Shown here in pieces: positions 1-14,443 of a DNA stretch of 64,000 nucleotides (position 1 is its first letter; every line of letters begins with the position of its first letter). Under the pieces are notes generated by a model, which saw nothing but the letters and a program-made list of their open reading frames with translations, was not told where the DNA came from and ran no database searches. This DNA is from the human T2T-CHM13v2.0 reference genome, Homo sapiens: assembly GCF_009914755.1 (NCBI RefSeq), contig NC_060945.1; one strand, written 5' to 3'. The translations under genes were made by a program, and so were the position numbers.

Positions 1-181
1 GTGCAGAGGAGCTCTCCTTTATAAAACCATCAGATATCATGAGACTTATTTACTACCACAAGAAGAGTATGGAAGAAACTGCCCCCATGATTCAATTATC
101 TCTACCTGGCCCCACCCTTGACATGTGGGGATTATTAAGTTCAAGGTGAGATTTGGGTGGGGACACAGCAAAACTGTATCA
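1..181 (-). mobile_element. THE1/MST-type ERVL-MaLR LTR, partial (cut by window edge)
   Basis: Ends gagatttgggtggggacacagcaaaactgtatca, the reverse complement of the THE1/MST start tgatatggtttggctgtgtccccacccaaatctc. Confidence 0.9.
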
Positions 182-198
182 CTTAACAAGAAACTTAA

Positions 199-578
<380 letters not shown>

Positions 579-2224
579 ACCAGTATGATTTTAATGAGAT
601 TAAGGCTGGTTGGTCTCATGGGAGAAGAAAACATTCAGGTCTCCTATTTAGATTGAGTGCATCTCAAAATACAGGAAAAATAATACAAACTCAGTCTATT
701 TCCTAAGTCAAGTTGGTCAATAACATGTTCATACATAGAAAGTGATTTTTCAATATTTAAAAACCAGTTACCTGGATTTCACATGACCAGAAGTGAATAG
801 AATTAGAACATCAAATACTTTGACATAATGCAAACACTACTAGTCGGGATGAACTCATGAGTTCTCTTTTTTTATCCCAGCTTCATTTCTGGATTTACCA
901 TCTTGCCTTCCATTTTATTTTTCATTTCTTTTATCTCCATCTTTATCCTCCCTTCTCCTGGCCACCACCTCCTCTCTTATTTTATGGAATAAATTGTAAT
1001 GTGAAGAGCATCTTCAAGAAATTATATCTTATGGCCTTTCTTAAGGTAATTCAAACTTGTGCTTGGCCGAAAAAGAACTGTATGCTAAATTTATGTATGT
1101 TCGCAGAGACAGAGAGAAACTATTTTTTCTCTGTCCCCTTCATGAGACATTTAAACAAGTGAGTAACAGGTGCTGCATGCCTGGAACACACTGTACTCTG
1201 AATATTCTTGTAAGGAGTTGTGCACTCTGGGGAGAGCATTTCATATCCAAGTCCTCATGAACAACACCTGTGCTTGGTCAGTCACCGGAAGGATACACCC
1301 TTGGTGATAAAAAGGGATTTTATTGGGCTATGGATAGAATTGTTTCGTTAAATACTTGGGAAGGAAGCTGATAAATTAAGTCTACCAAGTTGGATAATAA
1401 CTGCATGCCCTTTGGGATAAGCTATTTTATCTGTGCTTTGAATGGAAGAAATAATGCAAGATTGAACCACCAAACTAGTGTATTATTTTAATTTGAAAAA
1501 AAAAATTTACTTTTTCTAATAAGAAATATAAAACTTTATTGTGCCAAAGTGGCAATACTCAAGTAGGAAAAGAAAAAAAAGAGATATAAAGAAGGAACGA
1601 TTGGTTAGTTGGATTGAGAGGCTAATCTCCATGTCTTTTGCATTAACCTCAGAATTAGCAGGTATAGCTCATGGACTCAGCTTAATAAAGACGATTTATA
1701 CAGTGCTATGGATAAGAGAAGAGCTCTAGAAACAATATTTGTAAGCCATAAATTACTAATACATATGTACTTATGATGAATAATTATTTTTCAATATGAT
1801 GAGCATGATCTGCCTTTGAAGAGAAAAATAAAGTCTAGGTTTCTGAAGGAGAATTAACTCCATTAGGCCCTTAGGGTATACGTACTTTAAGTCACTTCAC
1901 TGCCTAGAGTTTTAAGTATCCTAATGGCTAGAAATTATGCATTTGTCCATACAGAGTATCCTGATAACTCCCCCAGGCAGACCTGAACTATAATTTAAGC
2001 CAATTCTTGATAACTTTTATAAGCATGGCAAGATGCTCTTCTTTTCTCCACTCCCATCCACTCCCACCTCAGTGTGTGTGAATCAATCACTATCCAGCTC
2101 CAACATCACCATACTGCTGCTTATCAATTACAAGTCAAGTTATTTTACAAAAGTGATAAGTATCCTGAATTCCATCTGTGATTTAGTGTTCTAGTTGAAA
2201 TATTTTATGTTTGCCTTCCAGATG

Positions 2225-2510
<286 letters not shown>

Positions 2511-2729
2511 TCTGCTAGGTTTTAATTATTCTGAATGTCCATAGTATACATTTTAAGTTGTTAATCATTGGAGAAAACAAGATGGTGTGGGGGAAGTTTG
2601 TCCTAGTGACAACAGGTCAATATACAAGGCCAGAAGTTGTTGAGATCTAAAAACAGAACACTCTAGGCCTGACCCCAAGAATATTTCAGTTCATATTTTC
2701 AGTGTATTTCCAGAAGTCTAGAGGAAATT

Positions 2730-2980
2730 TTCACTTGCCTGTTTCCTCACATCTTACACTAACTTACACTAACTTCATCTCCCTCTCAACTTGGAGCTGT
2801 TTCCCTGTTTATGACGTTCTGTTAGGGATATTCTTATCCTTCTAGTTTTCAGGGCAAGAAATTAGGAATATGGGTATCATCTTTGTCTTCACTTCTTACT
2901 GTCATTCTCTATGTCTCAGCTTCCATTAAGGTTTGCATTCTTTCCTTTCAAAGATCATCTGGGATTTGCCCCTTCTCTGT
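2730..2980 (+). mobile_element. L2 fragment
   Basis: Degenerate match to the L2 3' region (caagaaattaggaat...atcatctttgtc...). Confidence 0.55.
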
Positions 2981-3746
2981 GTGTGTGGAGTTAGCTTACC
3001 AGCTCCACTGGGCTTTCAATGTCCACCAGCTGTCCACCTCCATCCCACAGCACATACTCTCTTCCTGTGTTGGGCCTCCCCTTACTATCATTACACTTTG
3101 TGAAGTCTTGTCCTGACTCTGAAGATTGCTTTATCCTCTCCTCCTTGCCTGATATGTCCTACCGGTTTGCCAGATTGGACAATTTCCTTTTGAAATCGAT
3201 CTCTTTCCTACTCAACCTAGACATCGTGGTTCAATTACATGAATGCACTTCCATCAGCACCCTCAACTTCTCCTCTATTTCATCTTTCTTTAGCCATTAT
3301 CTACTCCCAGCCATGACAATGGTAATATCCAATCAAAAACAAATACACCCATTCTTTTTATTTGTAACCATCCTTTTTCTTTACTATTTGTCCTTGGTGC
3401 AGAACGTTAGAATTCTGTAAAGGTGCTGAATGGTACCACCACAAGTCTATCCCAAACCAACTGGTCCCTCAATACCACTAGATAATTCTTTCTCCTGTGT
3501 ATAATTTTGGCCCTTTTATATTTCCTGTGTTTACTGTTCAGATTTTTTTTTATTCTGCTCATTTTGCCTTCCTAACTCCATCTCTCTAAGCCCGACCAGT
3601 CAACTCTGCCTGATTCCTCAAACAAGGGAAGGACCACTGGGACCCTCTCTCCCTGGCATGCTGGCCTCTGCTTACGGAATCCATTCTTACCCATCTTCTC
3701 TCCTGTTTTAGAGCAAGGTATCCCTGGGGCTTCTCTCTAAGATGTC

Positions 3747-4205
3747 TGTGATGGTTAGTTTTGTGCATCAACTTGACTAGGTCAAGGGGTGCTCAAACGT
3801 TATTTCTGGGTGTGTCTGAAAGGGAATTTCCAGGTGATATTGGCATTTGAATCAGTGGCTTCAGTAAATATCACCCTTCCCAATATATGTGGGCATCATC
3901 CAATCCATTGAGGGCCTGAATAGCATAAAAGGGGAAAGAAGGGGCAATTTGTCGCTTTTTGCTTCTGGCCTGCCTGCTTGAGCTGGGACACCATGGACTG
4001 AGATTTACACCACCGGCTCCCCTGAATCTCAGGCCTTCAGACTCAGACGGAAATTAGCCACTGGCTTTCCCGGGGATTCAGCTTGCAGTTGGCAGATCAT
4101 GGGACTTCTCAGCCTTCATAATTGAGTGAGCCAATTCCTCATAACAGATCTCTTCCTATACACATCCTTTTGGTTCTGCTTCTCTGAGGAACCCTGACTG
4201 ATATA
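3747..4205 (+). mobile_element. MLT2 (ERVL) solo LTR
   Basis: Starts tgtgatggttagttttgtgcatcaacttgactagg, ends ttctctgaggaaccctgactgatata; 5-bp flanks ATGTC/ACATC. Confidence 0.9.
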
Positions 4206-4299
4206 ACATCCTTCCCCCATACTCTAGGACCTTGATCACCACTTAGGTCCCCTTTTTGTAAATATTCCACATTTCGTTTTTCTTCTGAAACCCTCCTCC

Positions 4300-6760
4300 A
4301 GAGTTATACTGATATGCCCGAGTCTTCCTCACCCTCAAAAATATGTTATTTTATCCCTACATCCTATTTAAGCAACTTATTAATTCCTCTGTCAGGGGGT
4401 GAGGGGAGGTTAAAAAAAAAGAAAAAAAGAACACACTTACTGGCTGTATATTCTCGAGTTTCAAACAGTCCTTCACTTATTACAATCTAGTGTTCTTTCT
4501 CTTCACCCTAAGAAGACTGTTCTCCCTTTAGCCACAAATGACATTCTCATCACCAAATCTTTTGCTTTTGGTCACATTGCTTAATTTCCCTACAGTATTT
4601 GATGCTTGATATTATTTCTTGTAGGAATTCTGTGGTACTAATGTCACGAGATTCTTGGGCATCACTTCACCAGCCGGGAACTTCTGTGGCCAGTGGCACC
4701 TTTGCCCAAGTTTTGCTTGGGCCTGCTGGGCTTGCTCCACCCACTTGGCCTGGCAGGCTGCACTCAGCTCACACTACCAGCCTGGATCCCATGCCTGCCA
4801 AGGATGAGCCAGGCACAGAGCGGTGAGGGGTGCATGAGCAAGCGTGGGGTCCGGGCACTGCGCACAAGTCAGGAATGCTGGCTGTGGCTGGGCACGCAGC
4901 TCCCGGTGCCAGCACGGGTGCCGGCTCCCTGCAAGGTTGCGGCTTGACCAGGTGTATTGCAAGCAGCTTCCATAGCTGGCACCGGGGACAGTGGTGGTAC
5001 CCAGAAGCTTGGAGATGGCAGGAACCGCGGAGCCCCAAAGAGGGTGTCACAGCCCTGGCCTGGGGACGTCCTAGGTCTGGGCTCCCTGAAGGACTGCAAG
5101 TCTTCTCTCCTTCTCTCTTCTCTTCTTCTTGTCACCTGCTACATGATGAGCAAGGGACATGTTTCAGTCCTGTTTGTGTTACAGCTCTTTTAGCCCCTCC
5201 GTTCGGTGGTTCCTGAGTTCTCGTCCTGTGTCCAGGAAGAATGAGGTATGTAGACAAATGAAGGGTGAGCAAGGCAAAGAAGAGTTTTATTGAGCAACAG
5301 AATAGCTCAGAGGAGACCCACAGTGGGCAGCTCCTGTGGTGTTTAGCTCCTCTCCGCAGACAGGGTGTCCTGACAAGTGTCGAGCTCTCAGTAGATAGGA
5401 GACCTTAGGGTGGGTAATTCCTCTCTGCAGTTGGTGGTCCCATCAACTCTCCGAGTCTGGCTGAGTGGGTGGGTCGGGGTGGAGGCGGTTACGGGCTTCA
5501 GAGGGAGGAAGTGCATGCTGATCAGTCCATGGGCAGCCGTAGATGGGCCCAGACAAAGCACCATAGGTTACCACTTCCTCTGTGGGACAGGCAGTCCTGC
5601 CCCCAGGCTTCAGGCCTTCCTTGCTTGAAGGTGGGGTTTCACGGGGGACCTGCCCCTTTCTGCCCAGGAGCCTGTCTGCCTCCGGCTGCTGTTCATGGTG
5701 CCCAGGCTGTTCGTGCTGAGGGGAGCCTGCAGGCCAGTGACGAGCTACCCTCAGCATCACCTCAGCCTCCCTCCTGTGCTCATCGGGGCCCGAAGTCTGG
5801 GGGGGCCTGAGGCAGCAGGGGGCTGGCGTGTCAGCATTGCCTCTAAAGAGCACACACCCAGCCGGGTTGTGACAGTGCCCAGGGTTGGCCTCAACTTTGC
5901 TCTGAGATCGGAGTCGGCGCTGGGAGCAAGGAAAGGCCAGGCAGCGGGAGCACACACTTCCGAGCCTGCAGGAGCAGGGGACCTTCCCGGGCCTGAGAGT
6001 GCAGAGATGCCAAGGTCCACAGCCACAGCTTGGGCAGCTTCAGCTGCACCCTGTAGGGTGGGGCTCCTGCCTGCTCCCGGCCCCTAAGAGTACAGGGAGG
6101 CCTGGGTCTGCAGCTGCGCCCAAGGAGTGCGAAGCTTCCACCCTGTCAACTGAGAAGGGGGTGGGGCTTCTGTCCCGGCTCCCACCGGCTACACGCAGCA
6201 CAGAGCCCTAGCCACGCCTCCCCGAGTGCAGCTGGAGTCATGGCAGCAGCTGCTCTAGACGGGCCACCGCTGCCATCACTAATCTCTTCTAGTTTCTATT
6301 TGCTTTTCCGCCTTTCAATGGGCTCACCTATTGCATTGTGTGGGTGTTCCCTCAGTATATAAAGGTACGATCCTTGATCTTCATTTCTTTTCTTTTACAG
6401 CAGCCGTACATGATCCCATTTTTATCAACAGCTTTATCTTATATTATGAGCTATATTTCCACGTGCAGATGACTTCTCAATCTGTATGTCCAGTCATCTC
6501 CCGTTGTCATTTCCTTCAGTCCATTCTGACCTTTATCTTTTATTAATAAAAAGAATGCACTGCTTCCTATCTCTACCTCATTTAAACACCCCTGATGTTT
6601 GTAGGATACAGGTCAAACTGTTTAGTGTGGTGTAAAGTCCACCAGCATCTGGATTCTCATCTTCTACTATTCATAGCTGCATGTACTCTCCTCCAATCAT
6701 ATTGGAATTCTTATGATAATCTTTTCTTCTGCAATATTTGTGTACCGTTAGCCTCTCCCC
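4300..6760 (+). mobile_element. L2 remnant interrupted by the MER52A LTR
   Basis: L2-like motifs on both sides of the LTR (gccacaaatgacattctcatcaccaaatc; gcagatgacttctcaatctgtatgtccag). Confidence 0.55.
4642..6278 (-). mobile_element. MER52A-like ERV1 solo LTR
   Basis: TG...CA termini, 4-bp TSD CTAA (4638-4641 and 6279-6282); minus strand begins tgatggcagcggtggcccgtctagagc as in MER52; minus-strand AATAAA at 5286-5291. Confidence 0.9.
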
Positions 6761-7039
6761 TCCACCCCAGCTCAAACTCTGAAAAAAGTTTCATGACCAT
6801 GGATTGTATAATACAGATATTGAAAATACTAATATCAGTCTATTTTGTAATCACCTTGTTGGTGCCTTGAGGCAAAGCCACACTTTTCTCCCTGAAAAAG
6901 AAAAAAATGTGATCATTGTCAAACATCTTGGGAATTTTTTCAATATGGGACAAGCAATAAGGTATGTGTTTGATCTGGGGATTGGAGAAACATCTTACTT
7001 CCTCACGACCAGGGACTTCCAGGCATGGTATTAATCTAG

Positions 7040-7493
7040 AATTCTAGGTTGAGTGTCCACAATACAAATTCTGATGTGAGAGGATTTGCATGTAAGTGGT
7101 TTATGGAGAGGAAATAGGAAAGGGTACAGGAGAAGCAGGTTACATGAGGGGAAAAAAGCCAAGAAAGGGTGTAATTTCAGGTAAAGTCCCAGCCTGGCTC
7201 TACCCTCTGGGGAAGTCTAGAGTGTATATTCCACCTCAGACATTGCCCTGCCTTGAGGCAAATGGGCTTGAATTGCATCTGCTTGCAGCAGCAGTTAGTC
7301 ATTGGCTACAGGCTGGGAAAGGTGGATAGGAATGAGGATTTGTAAACTCCAGATACTTCCAGCTTTGCTTCTGGCACTCAAGAGCAGGCCACTGAAAAAC
7401 TGCAGGTGCAAGCAGTTAGTAGATCACAGAGCTGGGAATGGCATAAAAAACTGGCAACAGAGATGTGAAGGAACACCAATGGTATCCAATACA
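7040..7493 (-). mobile_element. LTR16-family ERVL LTR
   Basis: Motifs tgccttgaggcaa, gttagtcattggctacaggctg, gatttgcatgtaagtggtttat. Confidence 0.7.
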
Positions 7494-10400
7494 CCTGGTT
7501 ACGGAGAAGCGGGCTAGGAGGCAGTATAATCACAGACCTTGACCTTTTTACTGCCAGCTGCAGTCATAGCAAGAACAGTAGAACACAGAAGAGACAGCTT
7601 TTTGAGCAATCATCTCGGGGCAGTAATGGAGTCCTTTGTCCTCAAGTGGCCATGCCTAGCCCCGCTACCAAGTGATGAGACATACCAGGACTTGGACTTC
7701 TGGGCCCCAACTAGAGGAATCACCAGTGGTTATGGGCAGCCCACTGTGCTCAACAGAGAAGAGACTTTCTGAGGGTTATTAGTAGTAGAGCAAAAGCCTG
7801 GGGACAAAATAAGCAGGCCGGAGAGGGATGCCCAGACAGAGTAATTTCAAAATGCATGCAGAATTATATTGCAGAAAACTTAGAAGTAACTAGGAAGTGG
7901 AAGAGACTCTTACAGGGAGAGAAGTCAGTAGAATCTCTGAAATCAGTTAAAGTTTGGGCTACACTCCTTTTAAGTACTGGTGAGAGACTTGAATTATCAG
8001 TCTCTAAACCCCCAATGGCTGTGTATTATCCAAGCATGATCCAAGGAATGCAACAACAACACCTATCTTCTCCTTGGGCTTTCGGACCCACGAACAATGT
8101 CCCAACTTGAATGAACACTTTTCTAATTTTTCCTAGACTCAGTTTCTCCCTCCTCTGTCCTTAAAAAGCACTCAGCAACTTTTATTACAGAATTTGCTAC
8201 ATTGTACTACGGTGGTCAATTTAGATGTTTGTCTATCCCAAAAAACTCCTTCAGGAAAGAAGCTACTACTCACCTCTCTTTCTCAGTATTAAACATACTA
8301 TTTGGATTATAATACAGTCTTCATAAACACTAGTTGAGTGAAGAAAGCACATGGAACCATGATTTTCATCCTTTTGGGAAGGAAAAGATATCTCAGAATG
8401 TGATGTGAACTATGAAACTTCTTCCAGAAAAATGCACAAACAGAATCTTATATACATTAATATGGAAGAATTTCTCAAAACAGTGAAAAAAGAAAGTGAT
8501 CCAGGTGGCTACTAGCATAAAGCAAGTCTTTCAAACTCAAGACTAATGGTAGAGATCTTCCAAAATATTTGAAATCCTGGTATGTTCTAACTCTTACAGT
8601 ATACTAATGAGAAACATTTTAGGAGCTCGCTTCCAGATTACATGCACCAGCTACTTTGGAGGAAGTTCATAAGAATTGCAATTAGTGAGAAGCGAAGCAC
8701 TGATGGGAACCAAGCAAGAAAACAGAAGAGTAATGAAATGAAGAGAGCTTTAATGAACAAGAAAAACAGGCAGGAGCAGGCAAGTCAGGCCCTGAAAATG
8801 AATGGTGGGAGAGGCACTGTTTTCCCTCAGATTAATGTCACACTCAAGGCTGCCTTATTTGACTACTGAATGAGTCATGTCTAAGGTATTTCAGCCAGAT
8901 AGAAGCAAAACCTCCTCCTTCATAGATTCTATCTTTTCCAAGAGTCCCAGGGAGCCTCACATTCCCATTCCATTCCTCTAGTCTTAAAACATTTTTACTT
9001 TCCAGCTGTTGGCTACTCAGCCAGTGATAATGACATCATTTATTTAAGTAAAGGAAACAACTTCCAGTGTTCATATTCAATGTGATAATATTACCATTTT
9101 AGAGATTTTAGTGTTTGGTTGTGTTTCCACCTTTGATGAAAGTGTAATGAAATACTTTGTATATGTTAAGTTTCAATGAGTAATTATTGATGAGCAGACT
9201 GTTGATTGAGACAGATTTAATGAAAGGGGAGTCAATTTATAAACTGTACTTATAATTTTGAAATATTTTCAAACTTATTATCTCTTTTACTTTTCTGAGC
9301 AAGGTACATACACAAAATATTTCACTATGCAATTTAAGATAGACCCTAAGCTAAACATGTGAGGAAGAATTAGGTAACATTCAGGTAGATTCAAATTTCT
9401 AGAAGCAATTATTTAAAAGTAAAATGAAAATAAATATAATCTACCTAATAATAATCACACTTCTCCTGGCTACAGAAACTCATTCCTTCTTTTGCACCAT
9501 GGCCATACAATTTTTAAATGCGTAGAAAGAGCTGGAGGTAAATAAATTCAGGTGTAAAATCATATATATTTGAAAGTTTCCTTAAACTTATCTATAGAGA
9601 TAAATTGCATTGAAGCTGATGTATTACTTTCAAGGTTCTCTTTTCATATACATATTTGTTTAAAGTATATTAAAATTTTAAACTTCTGATTATGGTTAAG
9701 TTTCCTTGATTCAAAGGCTCAAATGTTTCTGACATTGGGTTGCATCTTACAATCTAGGTGGACACTTAATGTAACAAGTTCTTAAACTGATGGTTCACTG
9801 TGTAACTGATGTACTTTTAGAATAAAGAAAATGTGCTAACATAAAATTCTATTTACTCTTCCAAAAACATTACTCAGAGATGAGGACTTTCCATTGTTAT
9901 TCTACAGCTTCTAAGTTCTCTATCCATTTTCTTCATTTTTATCCTTCAGAAGTTAATTTATTTAGGGAACAATGAGGCAAAGTTTTTGAGAATGGTGAAA
10001 GAATAAGATAAATTTGGTTTTCCAATCCTGCTGGGGAGATCCATGTACTCTCAGTGAATTAATGACAGGAGATGTTTCCTTGTTACTAATTTAGAAGTCA
10101 GCCTTAGTAAACCTTCATACCTTGCAATGGTCATCCACAAAGTCTGGTTGAAGCATTCAAACATGGATGATATCAAGACAAGAGAGCTTCATTTTAGCAC
10201 CTGGCTGCCCCTTTTCCCCAAATATAAATCTATTTGTGTTAGAATTGGCCAAAGGCTTTGTCTCATTAAATTGTATTCAACCAAAAGTATTTTATTAGTG
10301 ATAAAAAATAAATGTTATGTCAAAGTTACTTAGAAGGTGATGGGGGAATGAAAGTCATTTCACAAAACAATATGAAAAATGAAAAAGCTCTCTTTGATCA

Positions 10401-11111
10401 TAGTTCATAATTGAAGGTTATTTCCATTTCCTAGGTAGTTATTTTGGCAATTAAATCTACTCAAAAGTTTTATCTCTAAAAAATTAATTGTATGTTGAAA
10501 ATGTGAATTGGGATAATGTACTTTACAAAGGTTAAAAGAGGTTATTCCAAACGTTATTTCAGTAACATTAGATTTGCTATCAGATGCTGAAAAGTTTAAG
10601 ATATTAAAAAGTATAAGATGCTAAAACTGTTCTCTGTATGGAAAAAGTATGATTTAATTTTATTAGTCAGAATTGTTTAGCATGCATGTTACCTTAGTGT
10701 TTGTAAGGTGGTAACAGTCTATACTACCATGTAGCGTGTTGTTTATAAATCTTCCTTGATTTAATGACTAGACTATAAATTTCTTCAGCATACTATCAAA
10801 TTTCTTATTTTTAAACAGCTTTATTGAAGTATAACTGACATACAATTGACTGAATATTTTTAAAATATACAATTTGCTTAAGTTACTCCCAAACTCACTG
10901 ATGATCTGTTCATTTTTTCTTTTTTTCTGTATGTTTGTGTGTTGCATTTTGAATAGTTTCTATTGTGATATCTCCAAGTTTACTAGCCTTTTCTTCTGCA
11001 GGATCTGATCTACTATAAATCCTATCCAGTGTATTTTCATCTTACACATTGTAGTTTTCCAGTGTAGAGACGTGATTTTCAAATCGTAGAGGTGCAGGAA
11101 CATCTCCAGAC

Positions 11112-11641
11112 CAGCGGTCTCCAACCTTTTAAGCACCAGGCACTGGTTTTGTGGAAGACAATTTTTCCTCGGACGGGGGGTGGGGGAGATGGTTTCAGGA
11201 TGGTTGAAGTGCATTATATTTATGGTGCTATTTATTTCTGTTATTATTACATTGTAATATATAACAAAATAATTATACAACTCATCATAATGTAGAATAA
11301 GCTCAGTGGGAGCCCTGAGCTTACTGTCCTGCAACTAGACAGTCCCATCTAGGGTTGGTGGGAGACAGTGATAGATCATCAGACATTAGAGTCTCAAAAG
11401 GAGCACGCAACCTAGATCCCTTGCATGTGCAGTTCACAATAGGGTTTGTGCTCCAGTGAGAATCTAATGGTACCGCTGGTGTGACAGGAAGTGGAGCTCA
11501 GGTGGTAATGTGAGCAGTGGGGAGTGGATGAAAATACAGATGAAGCTTCACTGGCTTGCCTACAGCTCACATCCTGCTGTGTGGCCTGGTTCCTAACAGG
11601 CCACTGTACCAAGTCTATGGCCCAGGAGTTGGGGACTCCTG
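11112..11641 (-). mobile_element. MER1A (hAT-Charlie non-autonomous DNA transposon)
   Basis: TIRs cagcggtctccaac / gttggggactcctg; 8-bp TSD CTCCAGAC/CTCTAGAC; full-length ~530 bp body. Confidence 0.95.
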
Positions 11642-11897
11642 CTCTAGACATTCAACTTAGATATTTTTAAATATCTTCTATGTCTCCACTTAGTATTTTG
11701 CACATATGGAACACAGTCACATATGTTTTAATACCCTTTTCTGCTAATTCTAATACCTGTATCAGTTCTGGGTCAGTTTCAATTGAGTGACTGAACTTCA
11801 CTATTGGTTGTATTTTCCCATTTCTTGCATGTTGGTAATCTTTGGTTGTATGTCAGATACTGTGAATTTTACCTTGTTCCATGCTTGTTATGTGTAA

Positions 11898-11899
<2 letters not shown>

Positions 11900-11948
<49 letters not shown>

Positions 11949-11950
11949 TA
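11900..11950. repeat. (TA)17(CA)n compound microsatellite
   Basis: Directly visible. Confidence 0.95.
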
Positions 11951-12009
11951 TATACATAATTTACATATTATGTATATATTTATCTTTTTTTGGAAAGACA
12001 CTCCTGGAC

Positions 12010-12208
12010 AGCATTTAGTGAGAGGCTACCATGTACAAATACTTTACATATATTGAGATTAACTTTATGTTTACAACAACCTCATCAAATAGGTATCATT
12101 ATACTTACTTCAAGGATAAAGAAACAGAGCATCAAAGAGGCTAAGTAACTTGCCTGAGGTCACACAGCAGGTAAGTGGCAAAGATGGGATTTGAACCCAG
12201 GTGATTTG
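12010..12208 (-). mobile_element. MIR
   Basis: Core aagtaacttgcctgaggtcacacagcaggtaagtggcaaagatgggatttgaacccagg. Confidence 0.85.
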
Positions 12209-12926
12209 CACTCCTACAAATATTCTTGAATTTTGATCTGGGGGCATAGAAAATTTCTTGGAAGCAGTTTGTCATTTTCAGGTCTTGCTTTTAAGAATTG
12301 TTAGGAGGCACCAGAATAGTGCTTACTAGGACTGATCAAGATCCTTTTGAGTTTTCTACCTTGTTATGGTAGAATTATGCGATTTTCCCAGTTTGACAAG
12401 AAGAAGCACCATTCCAGGCCCTGTGTGAATTCCAGACACTGTTCCCTTAATCTTCTTAGATGGTTCTTTCTTACCCTTCAGTCATTTCCTTACATGTATG
12501 TGCTGATCAGTACTATGTTGAATGCTACTTGAGAGGAACTCTTGGCAGATTTTTGTTTTTTTAACTCTGGGCATCCCCCTCCTCTCCAATACTCTTTGTC
12601 TAGTGATCTCTGATTGCTTTGGTCTCCCCAGACTCTCAACTCTGTCTCTGCAACTCAGGGAGTTTGCTGGGCTCTTCTTGGGTACCCCCTGTCTATCCTA
12701 CAGCCTGGAAACTCTTAATCACTTTAAAATCACTTCCTTCATTGCCCGATGTCCAGTTTCTTGAAAGCCATTGTTTAAATTGTTTTGTTTTGTTGTTTTA
12801 GGCAGGAGGGTGATTTCAGTCCTTGTGATTCCATCTTAGCCAGAAATGGAAATCTACACTTCAATATCATTCAAATGTTTGTGTATATGTATATGTGTGT
12901 GTCTGTGTGTATATATGTATATAAAC

Positions 12927-12928
<2 letters not shown>

Positions 12929-12978
<50 letters not shown>
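12929..12978. repeat. (TG)25 microsatellite
   Basis: Directly visible. Confidence 0.97.
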
Positions 12979-12980
<2 letters not shown>

Positions 12981-14062
12981 GTGTTCTCACTGCTCACTCT
13001 CTGTACTAAGCCCCTATCCCAGCATGGTCCGTGAAAAAAAAAAATTGATGTATTGTTTTGATAAGAACAATTTTAGTAATTATGAAATTTATTCAGTTTC
13101 TTTCCTGTCTTCTTGATTCTCTTTTTGCTCAATTCTCTCTTACTTGAAGGTGCTGAGTCTCCTTTATAATAAACAGCAGAAGAATTTATTGAACCTTGCC
13201 CACTGTAGGACATGATTTTATGGGTTATCAATAGACGTTTTCTAAGAACATGAGGACTGCTACTAGAAGGAAAAAAAACATTATTGGAAATACATTGGGA
13301 AACATTTCAGTCATTTTAAAAACTGAGTCTTTATGCAAATCATTTCTCTGTGCCACATACAAAAGATACCCTTAATTTGGTGCTTGTTCTTGGAAATCAC
13401 TGTTAAAGGATACAAAAAGTATTTTTTCTCAAGAGTGGTTAGGTGTGGCTTCTAGGGTTTGATAATGAAAGCAGAACTATTCATGCATAATAGAATCAGT
13501 GCATAAGAGAATCATGACTTTTTTTTTTAAGCCTGTCTTACTTTGCTATTCTGGACAGGTGTTTCCATAGTGCAATTTTAGCTACAAAAATGGTTCATAA
13601 TTGCCAACACCTAATTTAACATTCTGAAGCTAATCATAAAACAACCTCCCCTTTCACAGGAGAGACAAAGTCTCAGCTGGGCTTTAAATCCTGATTATAT
13701 GACAAGGTTCCAATTGAAATTTTAGCCATCAACCAAGTGACCTTCAATGACCACAAGCTGGGAAGCTTGGTAGCTAATCTAAACAGATCTCTAGGCAAAA
13801 CCCCCAACCCAGTGTGGATTTCCAGACCCTTGCATTATTCACCTCATGAAAAAAGACAAGCAGAATATGAAAAGCAAATGATTGTAGCAACCTTCCACCC
13901 TCAATTCCTGAAAGGCCAACGGCAAGCTGTGAAAATATTCCCATGACCCTACTTCCTGTGTGAGGGCTTAGGACACTGATAAAATGTTTATATTGTCAGC
14001 CCGCATATAACAGTAATGCTGTCTGCCTTTAAGAAAGTGTTATTTTGAAGGAATGTTGCTCA

Positions 14063-14443
<381 letters not shown>

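Larger units (their letters stand above)
10807..12863 (-). mobile_element. Old L1M fragments interrupted by MER1A, a microsatellite and a MIR
   Basis: L1M 3'-end motif ttttaaacagctttattgaagtataactgacataca, plus L1M 5'/ORF1-type sequence (cctacaaatattcttga..., ggtctccccagactctcaactctgtctc). Confidence 0.7.

Noticed and set aside
4599-6211. Cluster of ORFs up to 170 aa
   Set aside because: Same cause: MER52A LTR sequence
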